The notes beneath the pieces were generated by a model. The model ran no database searches. It worked only from the letters and a program-made list of their open reading frames with translations, and was not told the origin of the DNA. From assembly GCA_020402945.1 (NCBI GenBank), contig JADBYQ010000010.1, positions 631-64,630 on the forward strand: DNA of 64,000 nt, written 5' to 3'. The DNA comes from Cytophagales bacterium. Its GTDB lineage: Bacteria > Bacteroidota > Bacteroidia > Cytophagales > Cyclobacteriaceae. The position numbers were made by a program, and so were the translations under genes. Of this stretch, positions 39,663 to 49,280 are shown in pieces (within the stretch, counting starts at the first letter, position 1; each line of letters opens with the position of its first letter).

Positions 39663-39749
39663 CTGACTGAACAACCACTAAAGTTGAGCCAAAAAACAGA
39701 GGTTGGAACAATTTCTCCTACCTTTGTGTTGGATGAAGTAGAAATTTAA
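39663..39749 (+). repeat. dnaE 3'-end direct repeat, copy 2 (orphan, next to trxA)
   Basis: Encodes [28 protein letters not shown]; ends 26 nt before the trxA ATG. Confidence 0.92.
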
Positions 39750-39775
39750 AAACATACTATAAATTCAATACCGTT

Positions 39776-40099
39776 ATGGGAAAAACCTTAGAACTAACTG
39801 ATGCAACATTTGACGAAACCTTAAAAAGCGATAAACCTGTTTTAGTGGATTTTTGGGCTGAATGGTGCGGCCCATGTAAAATGATTGGCCCCGTTGTAGA
39901 AGAACTGGCTAATGACTATGAAGGAAAGGCAGTGATTGCGAAGTTAAATGTGGATGAAAACCCGCAAGTGACTGCTCGCTTTGGCGTGCGCTCAATCCCT
40001 ACATTGTTGGTTTTTAAAAACGGCCAAATTGTAGACAAACAAGTGGGCGCTGTGCCTAAATCTGTTTTAGCTGGAAAATTGCAAGCTCAAGTAGCTTGA
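39776..40099 (+). CDS. trxA: Thioredoxin
   Basis: [18 protein letters not shown]. Confidence 0.97.
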   Translation: MGKTLELTDATFDETLKSDKPVLVDFWAEWCGPCKMIGPVVEELANDYEGKAVIAKLNVDENPQVTARFGVRSIPTLLVFKNGQIVDKQVGAVPKSVLAGKLQAQVA

Positions 40100-40128
40100 C
40101 AATTTGAAAATTAGTCGATTTGAGAATT

Positions 40129-40157
40129 AGCCAATGATGAAAGTCGTTGGCTTTTTT
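40129..40157 (+). terminator. Probable terminator after trxA
   Basis: AGCCAATGA-TGAAAG-TCGTTGGCT followed by a T tract. Confidence 0.6.
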
Positions 40158-40164
40158 ATTCAAC

Positions 40165-40665
40165 TCAACCAGCGCCTTTTGCAGGTAATACTTTCTTTAA
40201 CCTCTCGACCATTTCCAACACCGCAGGACACACCAGTGTGTTTTTAAAAGTCAAGTCAAGGATTTGCACCATCTTTTTTCGATTGGTGTGTGGATACTCG
40301 CGACACGCTTTCGGTCTATCTTCATAAACGCTGCAATAGTTTTCAGCGTCCAAGAACGGGCAGGGAGAAGATTTTAAAACAAAGTCCTTGTCTTCATCTA
40401 TACGCAAATATTTTTCAATAAAATCGCCCGGCTTCATGCGAAGCGATTTGGCCACGCGCTCTATGTCGGTTTGGTAAAAAATGGGGCTTGTCGTTTTGCA
40501 GCAATTGGCGCACGACAGACAATCTATCTCTTCGAAAACCGAGTCATGCAATTGGTGAAAGGCATCATCAATTACTCTCGCATTTTTGCTTTTTAGTTTC
40601 TGTAAAAACGTGCGGTTCTCGGCCGACTTCTTCTTTGCTTCAACAGCGAATTTTGATAGATCCAT
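40165..40665 (-). CDS. YkgJ family cysteine-cluster protein
   Basis: CLSCANCC, CPFL-CSVYEDRPKACREYP and CP motifs. Confidence 0.9.
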   Translation of the reverse strand: MDLSKFAVEAKKKSAENRTFLQKLKSKNARVIDDAFHQLHDSVFEEIDCLSCANCCKTTSPIFYQTDIERVAKSLRMKPGDFIEKYLRIDEDKDFVLKSSPCPFLDAENYCSVYEDRPKACREYPHTNRKKMVQILDLTFKNTLVCPAVLEMVERLKKVLPAKGAG

Positions 40666-40667
40666 GA

Positions 40668-43235
40668 TCAGGCGGAGTTGCGGGCAGCATTGATGATTCC
40701 GAACATGCTTCGAATGATCAGTTTACGATAACGCTGTTCGTGCTTTTTGTTGTGCTCATTTAAATTTCGAAGATTCATGAGTGAGGATTGTTGGATCGCA
40801 ATAAGTGGCAAAACGATTTGTTCTCGCAAATGCACCGATTGCCGAATCGTTGGATTGTTTCCCATCAATTCGCTAAGCCCAGAAATATCCAACGTCTGGC
40901 TGCTTGATAATAAAAACTCCGCATGCATCTTTTTCCAAAATTCACCGAATTCCGGATCATCACCCAAATAGGCAGTTGCTTCGTAAAAAGTCTTCGTCAG
41001 TGACATCATGCTATTCCCGAGCAGTGTTCTAAAAAACAAAGAGTTTTGATAGAGCTCTTTCAACTGATCGCCCTTTCCTTCTTTTTGCAACTCATTGAGC
41101 GCGCTTCCAACTCCATAGAAACCCGGAATGTTCTGTTTCATCATTGCCCATGAGCCCACGAATGGTATCGCACGTAGATCTTCAAACTTCAAACCTTCAG
41201 CACCATTTCGTTTCACGGGCCTTGAACCAATATTCGTGTCGCCAAAAAACGAAAGGGGTGTTACTTTCTCTAAGTAAGGAACAAACTTGGGATGATGCTT
41301 TAAATCCAGATAAGCCAAATACGCAAGTTCTGCCAAATGATCCAGCAAATTTTTATCGGCTTCGGTCATTTGCATTTCAGTTCGTGCAAAAACAGAGCCC
41401 TCCAAGCCGGCAGAGATCAACTGCTCTAAATTGTATTTACTGGAAACTATTTTGCCGAAATTTGAACTAATCGTTTGGCCCTGCACTGTCACTTGTACTT
41501 CTTCATGTTCAATCGTATCGCCCAAGGAGGCATAAAAGTCGTGCGTATTGCCGCCTCCACGTGCCGGTGGTCCTCCCCTGCCATCAAAGAATAATGCCTT
41601 TAAATCAAATCTTCTTGATACAGCCGTCAAGTCTTCTTTGGCCCGGAAAATTGACCAATTCGCACGCAAGTATCCCCCATCCTTAGTGCCATCCGAAAAG
41701 CCAAGCATAATCGTTTGGTGGTTTTTTCGTCTCGCCAAGTGTTCACGATAGGCTGGAATAGCGTATAGCTCTTCCATAATAGCGGGTGCGTGAGCGAGGT
41801 CATCGATGGTTTCAAATAAAGGAACGATATCCAAATCCAATACCTCTTCTTTTCCAATCAATAGCCGGGCCAGTACAAAAACTTCCATCAGATGCAACGC
41901 GCTTTGGCAATTGCTGATTACATACCGATGGCAACCTGCTGCGCCATTCTCCTGCTGGATTTTTCTGATCGCCAAAACACTCTGAATGGTTTCATTCACC
42001 AATGCATCGTCAAAGTCAACAAAGACTAAATTCGCTTTCAAGGAAAGCAAATAGTTAATCTGTTCGTGAGATGGCAGTTTTTGGAATTCTGCTGAAGAGA
42101 TACTTTTTTTAGAAGCACTCAATTTATCTAGGATTGACATCCAAACGTAATCGTGTTTTCGGCTGTCCTGCCGGATATCAAGTGCCGCAAAGTGGAATCC
42201 AAAAATTCTCACTTTGATGATGAGCGCATCTAACAGTTCCAAAAACAAACCATCGTGCTCGGCAACGAGTCGATTTCTCACTTCATTTAGTTCCACCAAC
42301 AACTCATCGGATGACGTATAATTTTTTTGCTGGCGGAAGACCAACCCATACACTTTTTGCTCAATAGCTGTGATCCGTTCTGCTATTCCATGAAAGGTAA
42401 GTCGTCTTCGCAGCAAGCGGATATCTTTGTAATAACATTTCAATATCGATTCCTGTAGCCGTGATGCAACCTTTACAGTAATCTCACTCGTTACAAATGG
42501 ATTCCCATCGCGATCGCCACCTGGCCAAAATCCAATAACAATCAATCGATTGTTTTTCCATTCAGGCAAGGGTATTTCTAATCCAGCAGCAAGCGAATTA
42601 ACAATTTCAGGAATGGAATGATAGAAAACGTTCTCCAGATACCAACACAAGCTCAACGCTTCATCATAAGGAGTCGGTTTGTTTTGGTTGATAAACCCCG
42701 TCTTCCCTAGCTGTTGCAGCAGTAAATTGATTTGATTGACATCGCTCACACGAATGGCATTTTCCAAGTCAGTTAGGATGCCCAACACGTTGCCTGGGTA
42801 AAATTGAGTCGGGTGCGCAGTAAGCACTATTCGAAGGCTAAACTGATCGAGTCGGGATTTTAGATCAGCCTCTTTCTTCTCGATTTTTGTGCGAAGTAAC
42901 AAAGCAGGTACCGTGCCTTTTCCGTTGAGGTTGTGCACTTGCTCAAACGCTGCGTCTTCTACGGAGTCAAATAGTGCCACCTGTCGCTCGATGTATTGAA
43001 TAAAACTAAACAACAAGTCAAACTGCTCTTCTTCGGTAAGTGTAGGTACCAACTCCTTAAAAAACACCTTAAGAATTTCATCAGCCGATTTGCCTTTGGC
43101 GAAGCCGGTTGTACAGTATTGCTGCAAAAGCGGCAACAAGATTCCCGTGCGACTCACATTTCGGAAAGGCAAGTTGAGAAATAAGCTATTGTAGATATGA
43201 TAGCGAGAACCTACCGTCTGGTCATAATTGGGCAT
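40668..43235 (-). CDS. ppc: Phosphoenolpyruvate carboxylase
   Basis: VLTAHPT, GGDRDGNP, VPLFET, MLGFSDGTKDGG, FDGRGGPPARGGG, LRAIPF and ARNSA. Confidence 0.97.
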   Translation of the reverse strand: MPNYDQTVGSRYHIYNSLFLNLPFRNVSRTGILLPLLQQYCTTGFAKGKSADEILKVFFKELVPTLTEEEQFDLLFSFIQYIERQVALFDSVEDAAFEQVHNLNGKGTVPALLLRTKIEKKEADLKSRLDQFSLRIVLTAHPTQFYPGNVLGILTDLENAIRVSDVNQINLLLQQLGKTGFINQNKPTPYDEALSLCWYLENVFYHSIPEIVNSLAAGLEIPLPEWKNNRLIVIGFWPGGDRDGNPFVTSEITVKVASRLQESILKCYYKDIRLLRRRLTFHGIAERITAIEQKVYGLVFRQQKNYTSSDELLVELNEVRNRLVAEHDGLFLELLDALIIKVRIFGFHFAALDIRQDSRKHDYVWMSILDKLSASKKSISSAEFQKLPSHEQINYLLSLKANLVFVDFDDALVNETIQSVLAIRKIQQENGAAGCHRYVISNCQSALHLMEVFVLARLLIGKEEVLDLDIVPLFETIDDLAHAPAIMEELYAIPAYREHLARRKNHQTIMLGFSDGTKDGGYLRANWSIFRAKEDLTAVSRRFDLKALFFDGRGGPPARGGGNTHDFYASLGDTIEHEEVQVTVQGQTISSNFGKIVSSKYNLEQLISAGLEGSVFARTEMQMTEADKNLLDHLAELAYLAYLDLKHHPKFVPYLEKVTPLSFFGDTNIGSRPVKRNGAEGLKFEDLRAIPFVGSWAMMKQNIPGFYGVGSALNELQKEGKGDQLKELYQNSLFFRTLLGNSMMSLTKTFYEATAYLGDDPEFGEFWKKMHAEFLLSSSQTLDISGLSELMGNNPTIRQSVHLREQIVLPLIAIQQSSLMNLRNLNEHNKKHEQRYRKLIIRSMFGIINAARNSA

Positions 43236-43354
43236 AATTCGAATGTGTGTACAACGACTTTATCTTTATTCACATCAACCTGATGAATAATTCACATCCA
43301 TCCTTTGCAGTTCGCTTCAATTTAGCTTATCTTTTCATTTCGGATATCACAACT

Positions 43355-43924
43355 ATGAAGAAAATATTTTGGTATTTTATCGCATTACTGCTAGTTAGTT
43401 CTTGTTTGGGTTACAAGGAATTGCCGGTGGAATATGATTACAGCTATAGAGGTAATTTCAAACGATACCGGACATTCAGCATCATGAAACCGCTTGGTGT
43501 TGTTGATTCAACCATGACCAATGCCGTAATTGAAAAATCAATCATCGCTCGCATGAAATTTCTGGGATACCGGCAAACGGCCAGCAAGCCACACTTAATT
43601 GTCGGTTTCAAAATGTACTCGGATAGCTTGAAGTTCAACGGCTATAACCAGCCCGAAATTGAAGAGTGGGCGAAAAGACAAGACGAAAATCTGAATTACG
43701 ATTCCAAAAACCTAGATATGAAAAGCGGAACGCTGCTCATTCAATTTTTTGACAGGCGTCAAAATCGCTCCGTCTGGCAGGGATACGCCACCACACTTTA
43801 TGGCAATATTGATTTTAATAACCAACGGCATCTCCGTAATGCGGTGATCTCCATTCTAGATAAATATCGTTTTTGGGCCGAGGGCTTTGTAGAGGGTCAG
43901 GAAGTAAAAGAGACTGAACTTTAG
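43355..43924 (+). CDS. DUF4136-like lipoprotein
   Basis: Lipobox LVSSC, VEYDY-F-RY-TF, GTLLIQFFD...SVWQG. Confidence 0.75.
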   Translation: MKKIFWYFIALLLVSSCLGYKELPVEYDYSYRGNFKRYRTFSIMKPLGVVDSTMTNAVIEKSIIARMKFLGYRQTASKPHLIVGFKMYSDSLKFNGYNQPEIEEWAKRQDENLNYDSKNLDMKSGTLLIQFFDRRQNRSVWQGYATTLYGNIDFNNQRHLRNAVISILDKYRFWAEGFVEGQEVKETEL

Positions 43925-43985
43925 CTACGGCCAAAAAACCCTTAAAATCGACTAAAATTCAGTTTTCGCTTTTGGAAATTAGTTT

Positions 43986-43993
43986 TACCTTTG
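43986..43993 (+). promoter_or_regulatory. Bacteroidota -7 element for tRNA-Gln/prs
   Basis: TACCTTTG matches TAnnTTTG, about 22 nt before the tRNA. Confidence 0.65.
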
Positions 43994-44015
43994 CACACCT
44001 TTTTAAGGGATAGAA

Positions 44016-44086
44016 TGTCCTATGGTGTAATGGTAACACTGCAGATTTTGATTCTGCCTTTCTAGGTTCGAATCCTAGTAGGACAA
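44016..44086 (+). tRNA. tRNA-Gln (TTG)
   Basis: Acceptor TGTCCTA/TAGGACA, D-arm GGTGTAATGGTAACAC, anticodon arm GCAGA-TTTTGAT-TCTGC, T-arm CTAGGTTCGAATCCTAG; CCA not encoded. Confidence 0.95.
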
Positions 44087-44092
44087 CAATAG

Positions 44093-44123
44093 AAAACCCG
44101 CCTCCTCAACTGGTGCGGGTTTT
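44093..44123 (+). terminator. Terminator-like hairpin after tRNA-Gln
   Basis: AAAACCCGC...GCGGGTTTT. Confidence 0.65.
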
Positions 44124-44133
44124 TACTTAAAAT

Positions 44134-45063
44134 ATGTCAGTAAAGATATTTTCCGGGCGGGCCACTACTTATTTGGCAGAAAAGATTGCTAATGCATATG
44201 GCGAGCGCTTGGGTACGGTTGACTACCAGCAATTTAGCGATGGCGAAATGTCACCGCTGATTGGCGAGTCCGTTCGCGGACATGACGTATTCATTGTTCA
44301 ATCAACGTTTGCGCCCGCTGATAACTTTCTAGAACTTTTACTCTTAATTGATGCCGCAAAACGAGCGAGCGCACTCAATGTAAATGTCATCATCCCGTAT
44401 TTTGGGTATGCTCGTCAAGACAGAAAAGACAAGCCGAGGGTGGCTATTGCGGCAAAGCTTATTGCCAATCTCATATCAGCATCGGGTGCAAGTCGCATCA
44501 TGACGTGTGATCTTCATGCCGATCAGATTCAGGGATTTTTTGACATTCCGGTAGATCACCTGGATGGCAATTACATATTTGTGCCCTACGTGAAGTCGCT
44601 GAATCTTCCCAACATCATGTTTGCCACTCCCGATGTAGGGGGAATTAAGAGAGCTCGGAGCTTTGCCAAATTTTTTAATGCTGAGCTTGCTGTTTGTGAT
44701 AAGTACAGAAAAGAAGCCAATAAAATAGAATCCATGCGATTGATTGGCGAGGTGGAAGGGAAGGATGTTATTTTGATTGATGATTTAGTGGATACGGCCG
44801 GCACCATTTGCAAGGCAGCCGCATTGTTGAAAGAAAAAGGAGCCAGTTCAGTACGCGCCATTTGCACCCATGCCGTCCTATCTGGAAAGGCATATGAGAA
44901 TATTCAAGGATCAGTACTGGAAGAGTTGGTCGTTTCTGACACAATTCCGTTGAAACAGCAAACTTCAAAAATTAAAGTATTGAGTGTCTCGGATCTTTTC
45001 GCAAAAGCGATTCGCAAAATTCATGATCATGAATCAATCAGTTCATTATTTATCCGTTTGTAA
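44134..45063 (+). CDS. prs: Ribose-phosphate pyrophosphokinase
   Basis: FSDGE, YFGYARQDRK, DLHADQIQGFF and IDDLVDTAGT. Confidence 0.97.
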   Translation: MSVKIFSGRATTYLAEKIANAYGERLGTVDYQQFSDGEMSPLIGESVRGHDVFIVQSTFAPADNFLELLLLIDAAKRASALNVNVIIPYFGYARQDRKDKPRVAIAAKLIANLISASGASRIMTCDLHADQIQGFFDIPVDHLDGNYIFVPYVKSLNLPNIMFATPDVGGIKRARSFAKFFNAELAVCDKYRKEANKIESMRLIGEVEGKDVILIDDLVDTAGTICKAAALLKEKGASSVRAICTHAVLSGKAYENIQGSVLEELVVSDTIPLKQQTSKIKVLSVSDLFAKAIRKIHDHESISSLFIRL

Positions 45064-45091
45064 ACAATTTAAACTAAAACAATAAACAATT

Positions 45092-45769
45092 ATGAAAACC
45101 ATCGAGATTATAGGGTATCGCAGAGCAAATCTCGGCAAGACTGACTCTCAAAAAATCCGTGAAGAAGGCAATGTGCCATGTGTACTTTACGGAGGTAATG
45201 ACCAGATTCATTTCTACTCGCCAGTGATTTTATTCCGTGACTTAGTGTACACCAATGAGGCACACTTTGTGCACTTGAATATTGAGGGAGAAGAGTGCCA
45301 AGCCATCATGCAAGAAATTCAATTTCACCCGGTAAGTGAGATTATTCTTCATGTGGACTTTTTACGCATTACAGACGCACGCAAAATTAAAATGGACATA
45401 CCCGTTCGCTTAGTTGGACAAGCACCTGGTGTTGCCAAAGGAGGCGCGCTCGTACGTAAGCGTGCATCGCTAAAGATTTATGGCTTTGCGAAAGACATGC
45501 CTGACCATATTGATGTTGATTGTTCATCTCTTGATTTTCACCACGCGGTAAAAGTCGGAGACATGAAAATGGCTAATCTTGAATTCCTCGATCCTAAGAT
45601 GGCGGCCATTGCCTCTGTTGAAGTGCCACGCGCTGCTAAGTTAGCTGAAGAAGCTCCTGCTGCTACACCTGCTGCTGGAGCCGCTGCTGCGCCTGCTGCT
45701 GGAGCTGCTGCGCCTGCTGCTGATGCGAAGAAAGCCGAAGCACCAAAGAAAGATGAGAAGAAGAAGTAA
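45092..45769 (+). CDS. rplY: 50S ribosomal protein L25/general stress protein Ctc
   Basis: REEGNVPCVLYG, QFHPVS-ILHVDF, PVRLVG-APGV-KGG; Ala/Pro/Lys-rich tail. Confidence 0.95.
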   Translation: MKTIEIIGYRRANLGKTDSQKIREEGNVPCVLYGGNDQIHFYSPVILFRDLVYTNEAHFVHLNIEGEECQAIMQEIQFHPVSEIILHVDFLRITDARKIKMDIPVRLVGQAPGVAKGGALVRKRASLKIYGFAKDMPDHIDVDCSSLDFHHAVKVGDMKMANLEFLDPKMAAIASVEVPRAAKLAEEAPAATPAAGAAAAPAAGAAAPAADAKKAEAPKKDEKKK

Positions 45770-45786
45770 TCAACTTTCGATAATTG

Positions 45787-45823
45787 AAATAAAAAATCCC
45801 GCCCATGGCGGGATTTTTTATTT
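45787..45823 (+). terminator. Rho-independent terminator after rplY
   Basis: AAATAAAAAATCCCGCC-CAT-GGCGGGATTTTTTATTT, a perfect 17 bp inverted repeat. Confidence 0.85.
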
Positions 45824-45859
45824 ACGTAATTTGCAAGAGATCTAATTTGCATCGCTATT

Positions 45860-46420
45860 ATGAAGTATCTGATTGCCGGCTTGGGAAATATCGGCCCGGA
45901 ATATGAACTTACACGGCATAACATTGGTTTTCTAACATTGGATAGATTGGCTGATCTTCATAAAATTAATTTTACAACTGATCGTCTGGCAAACAAAGCA
46001 GAACTCAAGTATAAGGGAAAACAGTTGCACCTCATCAAGCCCAACACATTTATGAACTTGAGTGGAAAAGCGATTGCGTATTGGTTGCAAGACTTGAAAA
46101 TTCCCAAAGAAAATTTACTGGTGGTGGTTGACGAACTTGCGTTGCCTTTTGGGAGTTTACGGATGCGTACGAAGGGAGGCGCGGCAGGTCACAATGGGTT
46201 GAAAAATATTGAACAACTGTTGGGCGGACAAGACTACTGCAGATTGCGCATGGGGGTGGGAAATGATTTCGCAAAAGGGCAACAAGTGGATTTTGTATTG
46301 AGTAACTTTAGCCAAGATCAGTTTAAAGAGCTGCCAACAATCATGGATAAAGCAGGTGAAATGATACTTTCCTTTTGTACGATTGGCGCAGAACGAACAA
46401 TGAATTTTTTTAACACCTAA
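45860..46420 (+). CDS. pth: Peptidyl-tRNA hydrolase
   Basis: GLGNIG-Y-TRHNIGF, KPNTFMNLSG, GHNGLK and RLRMGVG. Confidence 0.97.
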   Translation: MKYLIAGLGNIGPEYELTRHNIGFLTLDRLADLHKINFTTDRLANKAELKYKGKQLHLIKPNTFMNLSGKAIAYWLQDLKIPKENLLVVVDELALPFGSLRMRTKGGAAGHNGLKNIEQLLGGQDYCRLRMGVGNDFAKGQQVDFVLSNFSQDQFKELPTIMDKAGEMILSFCTIGAERTMNFFNT

Positions 46421-46425
46421 CATCT

Positions 46426-46686
46426 ATGGATTGGATTCAAATTGCTGGACATGTTGGTGCATTCTTAAGCAGCATCACGTTTATTCCACAAGTTTATAAA
46501 GTCTGGAAAACGAAGAGCGTTCAAGATCTCAGCTTGGCTATGATGTTGATTGTCGCTTCTAGCACGCTAATTTGGCTCGTCTACGGAATTGCATTAATGC
46601 TTTGGCCGGTGATCTTAGCGAACGGCTTCATCTTTTTTCTAAGTCTGTTGCTGATCTATTTCAAGTTTGCTTATTCGAAGAAATAA
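46426..46686 (+). CDS. SemiSWEET (PQ-loop) transporter
   Basis: 86 aa, three TMs, FIPQVYKVWKTKS-DLS and WLVYGI...WPVILAN. Confidence 0.9.
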   Translation: MDWIQIAGHVGAFLSSITFIPQVYKVWKTKSVQDLSLAMMLIVASSTLIWLVYGIALMLWPVILANGFIFFLSLLLIYFKFAYSKK

Positions 46687-46827
46687 GTAAAGGCAAATAG
46701 TCATCGATAGATTGAAATCTTCCGATAACTACTAACCAATCACACAAATCGGGTGATGACGATGGTTACAGAATTATGTCTAATTTTACTTGAACACAAA
46801 GTCTATATCAACACGTCCCCCATTTCT

Positions 46828-47631
46828 ATGAAACAAGTTCCTTTTTATTTCTCAATTTTTATCATCGCGATGTTGATCAGTTGCAGAAATCAACCAGGCA
46901 AAACACTGATTTGGGCAGACGAGTTTGACTACGTAGGGGCGCCCGATTCAACGAAATGGAACTTCGACTTGGGCGATGGTTGCCCAAATGCTTGTGGTTG
47001 GGGAAATAATGAGGCGCAGTTCTATACGAAAGACCTTAAAAATGCGCGGGTGGAAAACGGTCGGTTGATCATTGAGGCTCGAAAAGATTCGCAGGGCGGA
47101 AAGGTGTTCACTTCTGCTCGTATGGTCACAAAAATGAAAGGCGATTGGCGGTATGGCCGCATTGAAGTCAAAGCAAAGCTGCCCCGTGGCAAAGGCACCT
47201 GGCCTGCGATTTGGATGCTTTCTACTGATTGGAAATATGGAGGCTGGCCTGAGAGTGGTGAGATCGATATTATGGAGCATGTAGGTTATGATCCAGGAGT
47301 GATCCACGGAACGATTCATACTGACTTCTACAATCAACATTTTGAGGACCCGCAAAAAGGAGGTAAGGTAATGGTTGCAGATGCACAAGATGAATTTCAT
47401 GTTTACGCCATTCGCTGGACGGTCGATAAATTAGAGTTTTTGGTCGATGATAAAAGATATCATGTGGTAAACAAAGGGGCAAATGATACGTTTAGAAAAT
47501 GGCCGTTTGATCAGCGTTTTCATTTGATATTGAATATTGCTGTGGGAGGAAATTGGGGCGGGAAAGAAGGAATCGATGATTTGATTTGGCCACAACAAAT
47601 GGAGGTGGATTGGGTGAGGGTTTATCAGTAA
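46828..47631 (+). CDS. Glycoside hydrolase family 16 lipoprotein (beta-glucanase-like)
   Basis: WADEFD, GWGNNEAQFY, GTWPAIWML, catalytic EIDIME, FHLILNIAVGGNWGG. Confidence 0.93.
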   Translation: MKQVPFYFSIFIIAMLISCRNQPGKTLIWADEFDYVGAPDSTKWNFDLGDGCPNACGWGNNEAQFYTKDLKNARVENGRLIIEARKDSQGGKVFTSARMVTKMKGDWRYGRIEVKAKLPRGKGTWPAIWMLSTDWKYGGWPESGEIDIMEHVGYDPGVIHGTIHTDFYNQHFEDPQKGGKVMVADAQDEFHVYAIRWTVDKLEFLVDDKRYHVVNKGANDTFRKWPFDQRFHLILNIAVGGNWGGKEGIDDLIWPQQMEVDWVRVYQ

Positions 47632-47635
47632 AAAA

Positions 47636-47698
47636 TACGAGGTAAGAATTACGAAGTACGAGGCCGAAGGTTAGATTCTCGAACGTTGAAGGTTGGAA
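47636..47698. repeat. Degenerate heptamer tandem repeat
   Basis: TACGAGG TAAGAAT TACGAAG TACGAG GCCGAAG GTTAGAT ... GTTGAAG GTTGGAA. Confidence 0.55.
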
Positions 47699-47795
47699 CG
47701 TGTATGCAACTTTTGACGTGAATACGACATATCAACCATTTGCATAAAACCACAAAGTGAAACGCTTTGTATATTCGCAAACAACATCTAAAAAA

Positions 47796-48443
47796 ATGAA
47801 AAAATACTTCACTCACATTCTCGCCATAACGATTTCTTTAACGCTCGCTTCTTGCAATGCACAATCGGGTAAGAAGCAACAAGGTGATTTAAAAATGAAT
47901 CTGGTTCCGCCTACTGGCAAAGCAGTAGCTGCCTTCGCGGAAGGGTGCTTTTGGTGCTCAGAACATATTTTCGAAGCAGTAGAAGGTGTAGATGCTGCGA
48001 TATCAGGCTATGCTGGTGGCAACGCAATAAATCCAACTTATGAATTGGTCAACACTGAAACGACTGGTCATGCAGAAACTGTACTGGTGTATTACGATCC
48101 GAAAAAAGTGAGCTATGCTGAGTTACTGAATGTGTTTTTTACCTCGCAAGATCCAACCACGCCCGATCAACAAGGGCCTGATCGCGGCAACTCATATCGC
48201 TCCATCATATTTTATAGCACAGCCGAAGAAAAAGAGTTGGCAGAGAAGGCCAAGGCTGCTTATGCCCCAAAGTTTAAAAAACCAATTGTATCAGAGATAA
48301 AACCATTAACGGCTTTCTACAAGGCAGAAGAATATCATCAGGATTACATTGAGCACAATCCATATAGTCCGTACGTTATGGGTGTGTCTATTCCCCGATA
48401 CGAATTGTTTAAAAAAACGTACCTGGGAAAATTAAAGCGATAG
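47796..48443 (+). CDS. msrA: Peptide-methionine (S)-S-oxide reductase, lipoprotein
   Basis: GCFWC, SGYAGG-NPTYE-TGHAE, FYKAEEYHQDY. Confidence 0.95.
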   Translation: MKKYFTHILAITISLTLASCNAQSGKKQQGDLKMNLVPPTGKAVAAFAEGCFWCSEHIFEAVEGVDAAISGYAGGNAINPTYELVNTETTGHAETVLVYYDPKKVSYAELLNVFFTSQDPTTPDQQGPDRGNSYRSIIFYSTAEEKELAEKAKAAYAPKFKKPIVSEIKPLTAFYKAEEYHQDYIEHNPYSPYVMGVSIPRYELFKKTYLGKLKR

Positions 48444-48452
48444 GCATTCTTT

Positions 48453-49088
48453 CTACAATATAGTCTGAGTGGAGCTCATTGGTTTTATTGTGAATACTGG
48501 CGCCCGCTCCGAAGCAATTCGATTGCGTTCCGTCTGAAGCTCCCGGGAAAGCTTGGCTTGTTTTTCGAGTGATTTCTTTTTGTATTCTTCGAACTCATGA
48601 GTTGAGAAATTCAATAATTCCCTAGTCTCATTTGCCTCACTTGAAATCAACCTTAGCTTTCCCAAAAGACCGCCCAAAAGAAATAGCAGACCTAAAAACA
48701 CGATTAAGACTCCCGACACAAATAGTGTCTTGCCGAATGAAACTCCAAAAACAGAAATATGAGTGCTGTGATATTCCAACCCTTGCTGCGAAGCTCGCAC
48801 CTTCTCGATTAAACTACGTTCGTCTGAGAGGGATTTTTCCAATTGAGCAATGGATGCTCTTTGAGTTGCTAGAGCTCCTTTTAAACGGTTGACAGAGTCT
48901 TGCGAAATTTTCCAAACACCATCTAGCACAACTTCTTTGATTACTTTGTAATCTTGAAACGTCTGTGATGTCGTTTTCATTAAATTACAACGATCTTGTA
49001 GATTGATCTCCTTCGGTTTTGCTGAATCAGGCTGACAGGATGCGGTAGTGCCAACCAACGCAATACATACAAGGAATAGATACTTCAT
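48453..49088 (-). CDS. Hypothetical coiled-coil membrane lipoprotein
   Basis: Signal peptide, coiled coil, one TM, then EFEEYKKKSLEKQAKLSRELQTERN. Confidence 0.7.
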   Translation of the reverse strand: MKYLFLVCIALVGTTASCQPDSAKPKEINLQDRCNLMKTTSQTFQDYKVIKEVVLDGVWKISQDSVNRLKGALATQRASIAQLEKSLSDERSLIEKVRASQQGLEYHSTHISVFGVSFGKTLFVSGVLIVFLGLLFLLGGLLGKLRLISSEANETRELLNFSTHEFEEYKKKSLEKQAKLSRELQTERNRIASERAPVFTIKPMSSTQTIL

Positions 49089-49280
49089 AAAATCTTTTTG
49101 AGCACACTAAACTAGCTTTTCTCGGTAGACTTACTCTTAACGAAGAAGCTAAACCGCCAGAAATAGCGGTAGATGAATTTCTAGCGGTGTTGAAATAAAA
49201 GAACTTCTGCTTTTAAAATCGGTATTACAAGGTAAGTTTGCTAGGCGTTTTTGATTCTCTTTATCGGAAATCCTTTTTTG

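Noticed and set aside
37317-39749. dnaE tail repeat as a diversity-generating retroelement TR/VR pair
   Set aside because: Mismatches are not adenine-specific (7 of 15 are at non-A positions of copy 2), they are mainly synonymous, and there is no reverse transcriptase in the window.
44016-44086. tRNA-Gln as an integration site
   Set aside because: No duplicated tRNA 3' end or integrase nearby; it is followed directly by a terminator and prs.
45640-45769. GCT/CCT-rich repeats at the end of rplY
   Set aside because: Low-complexity Ala/Pro/Lys tail common in Ctc-type L25.
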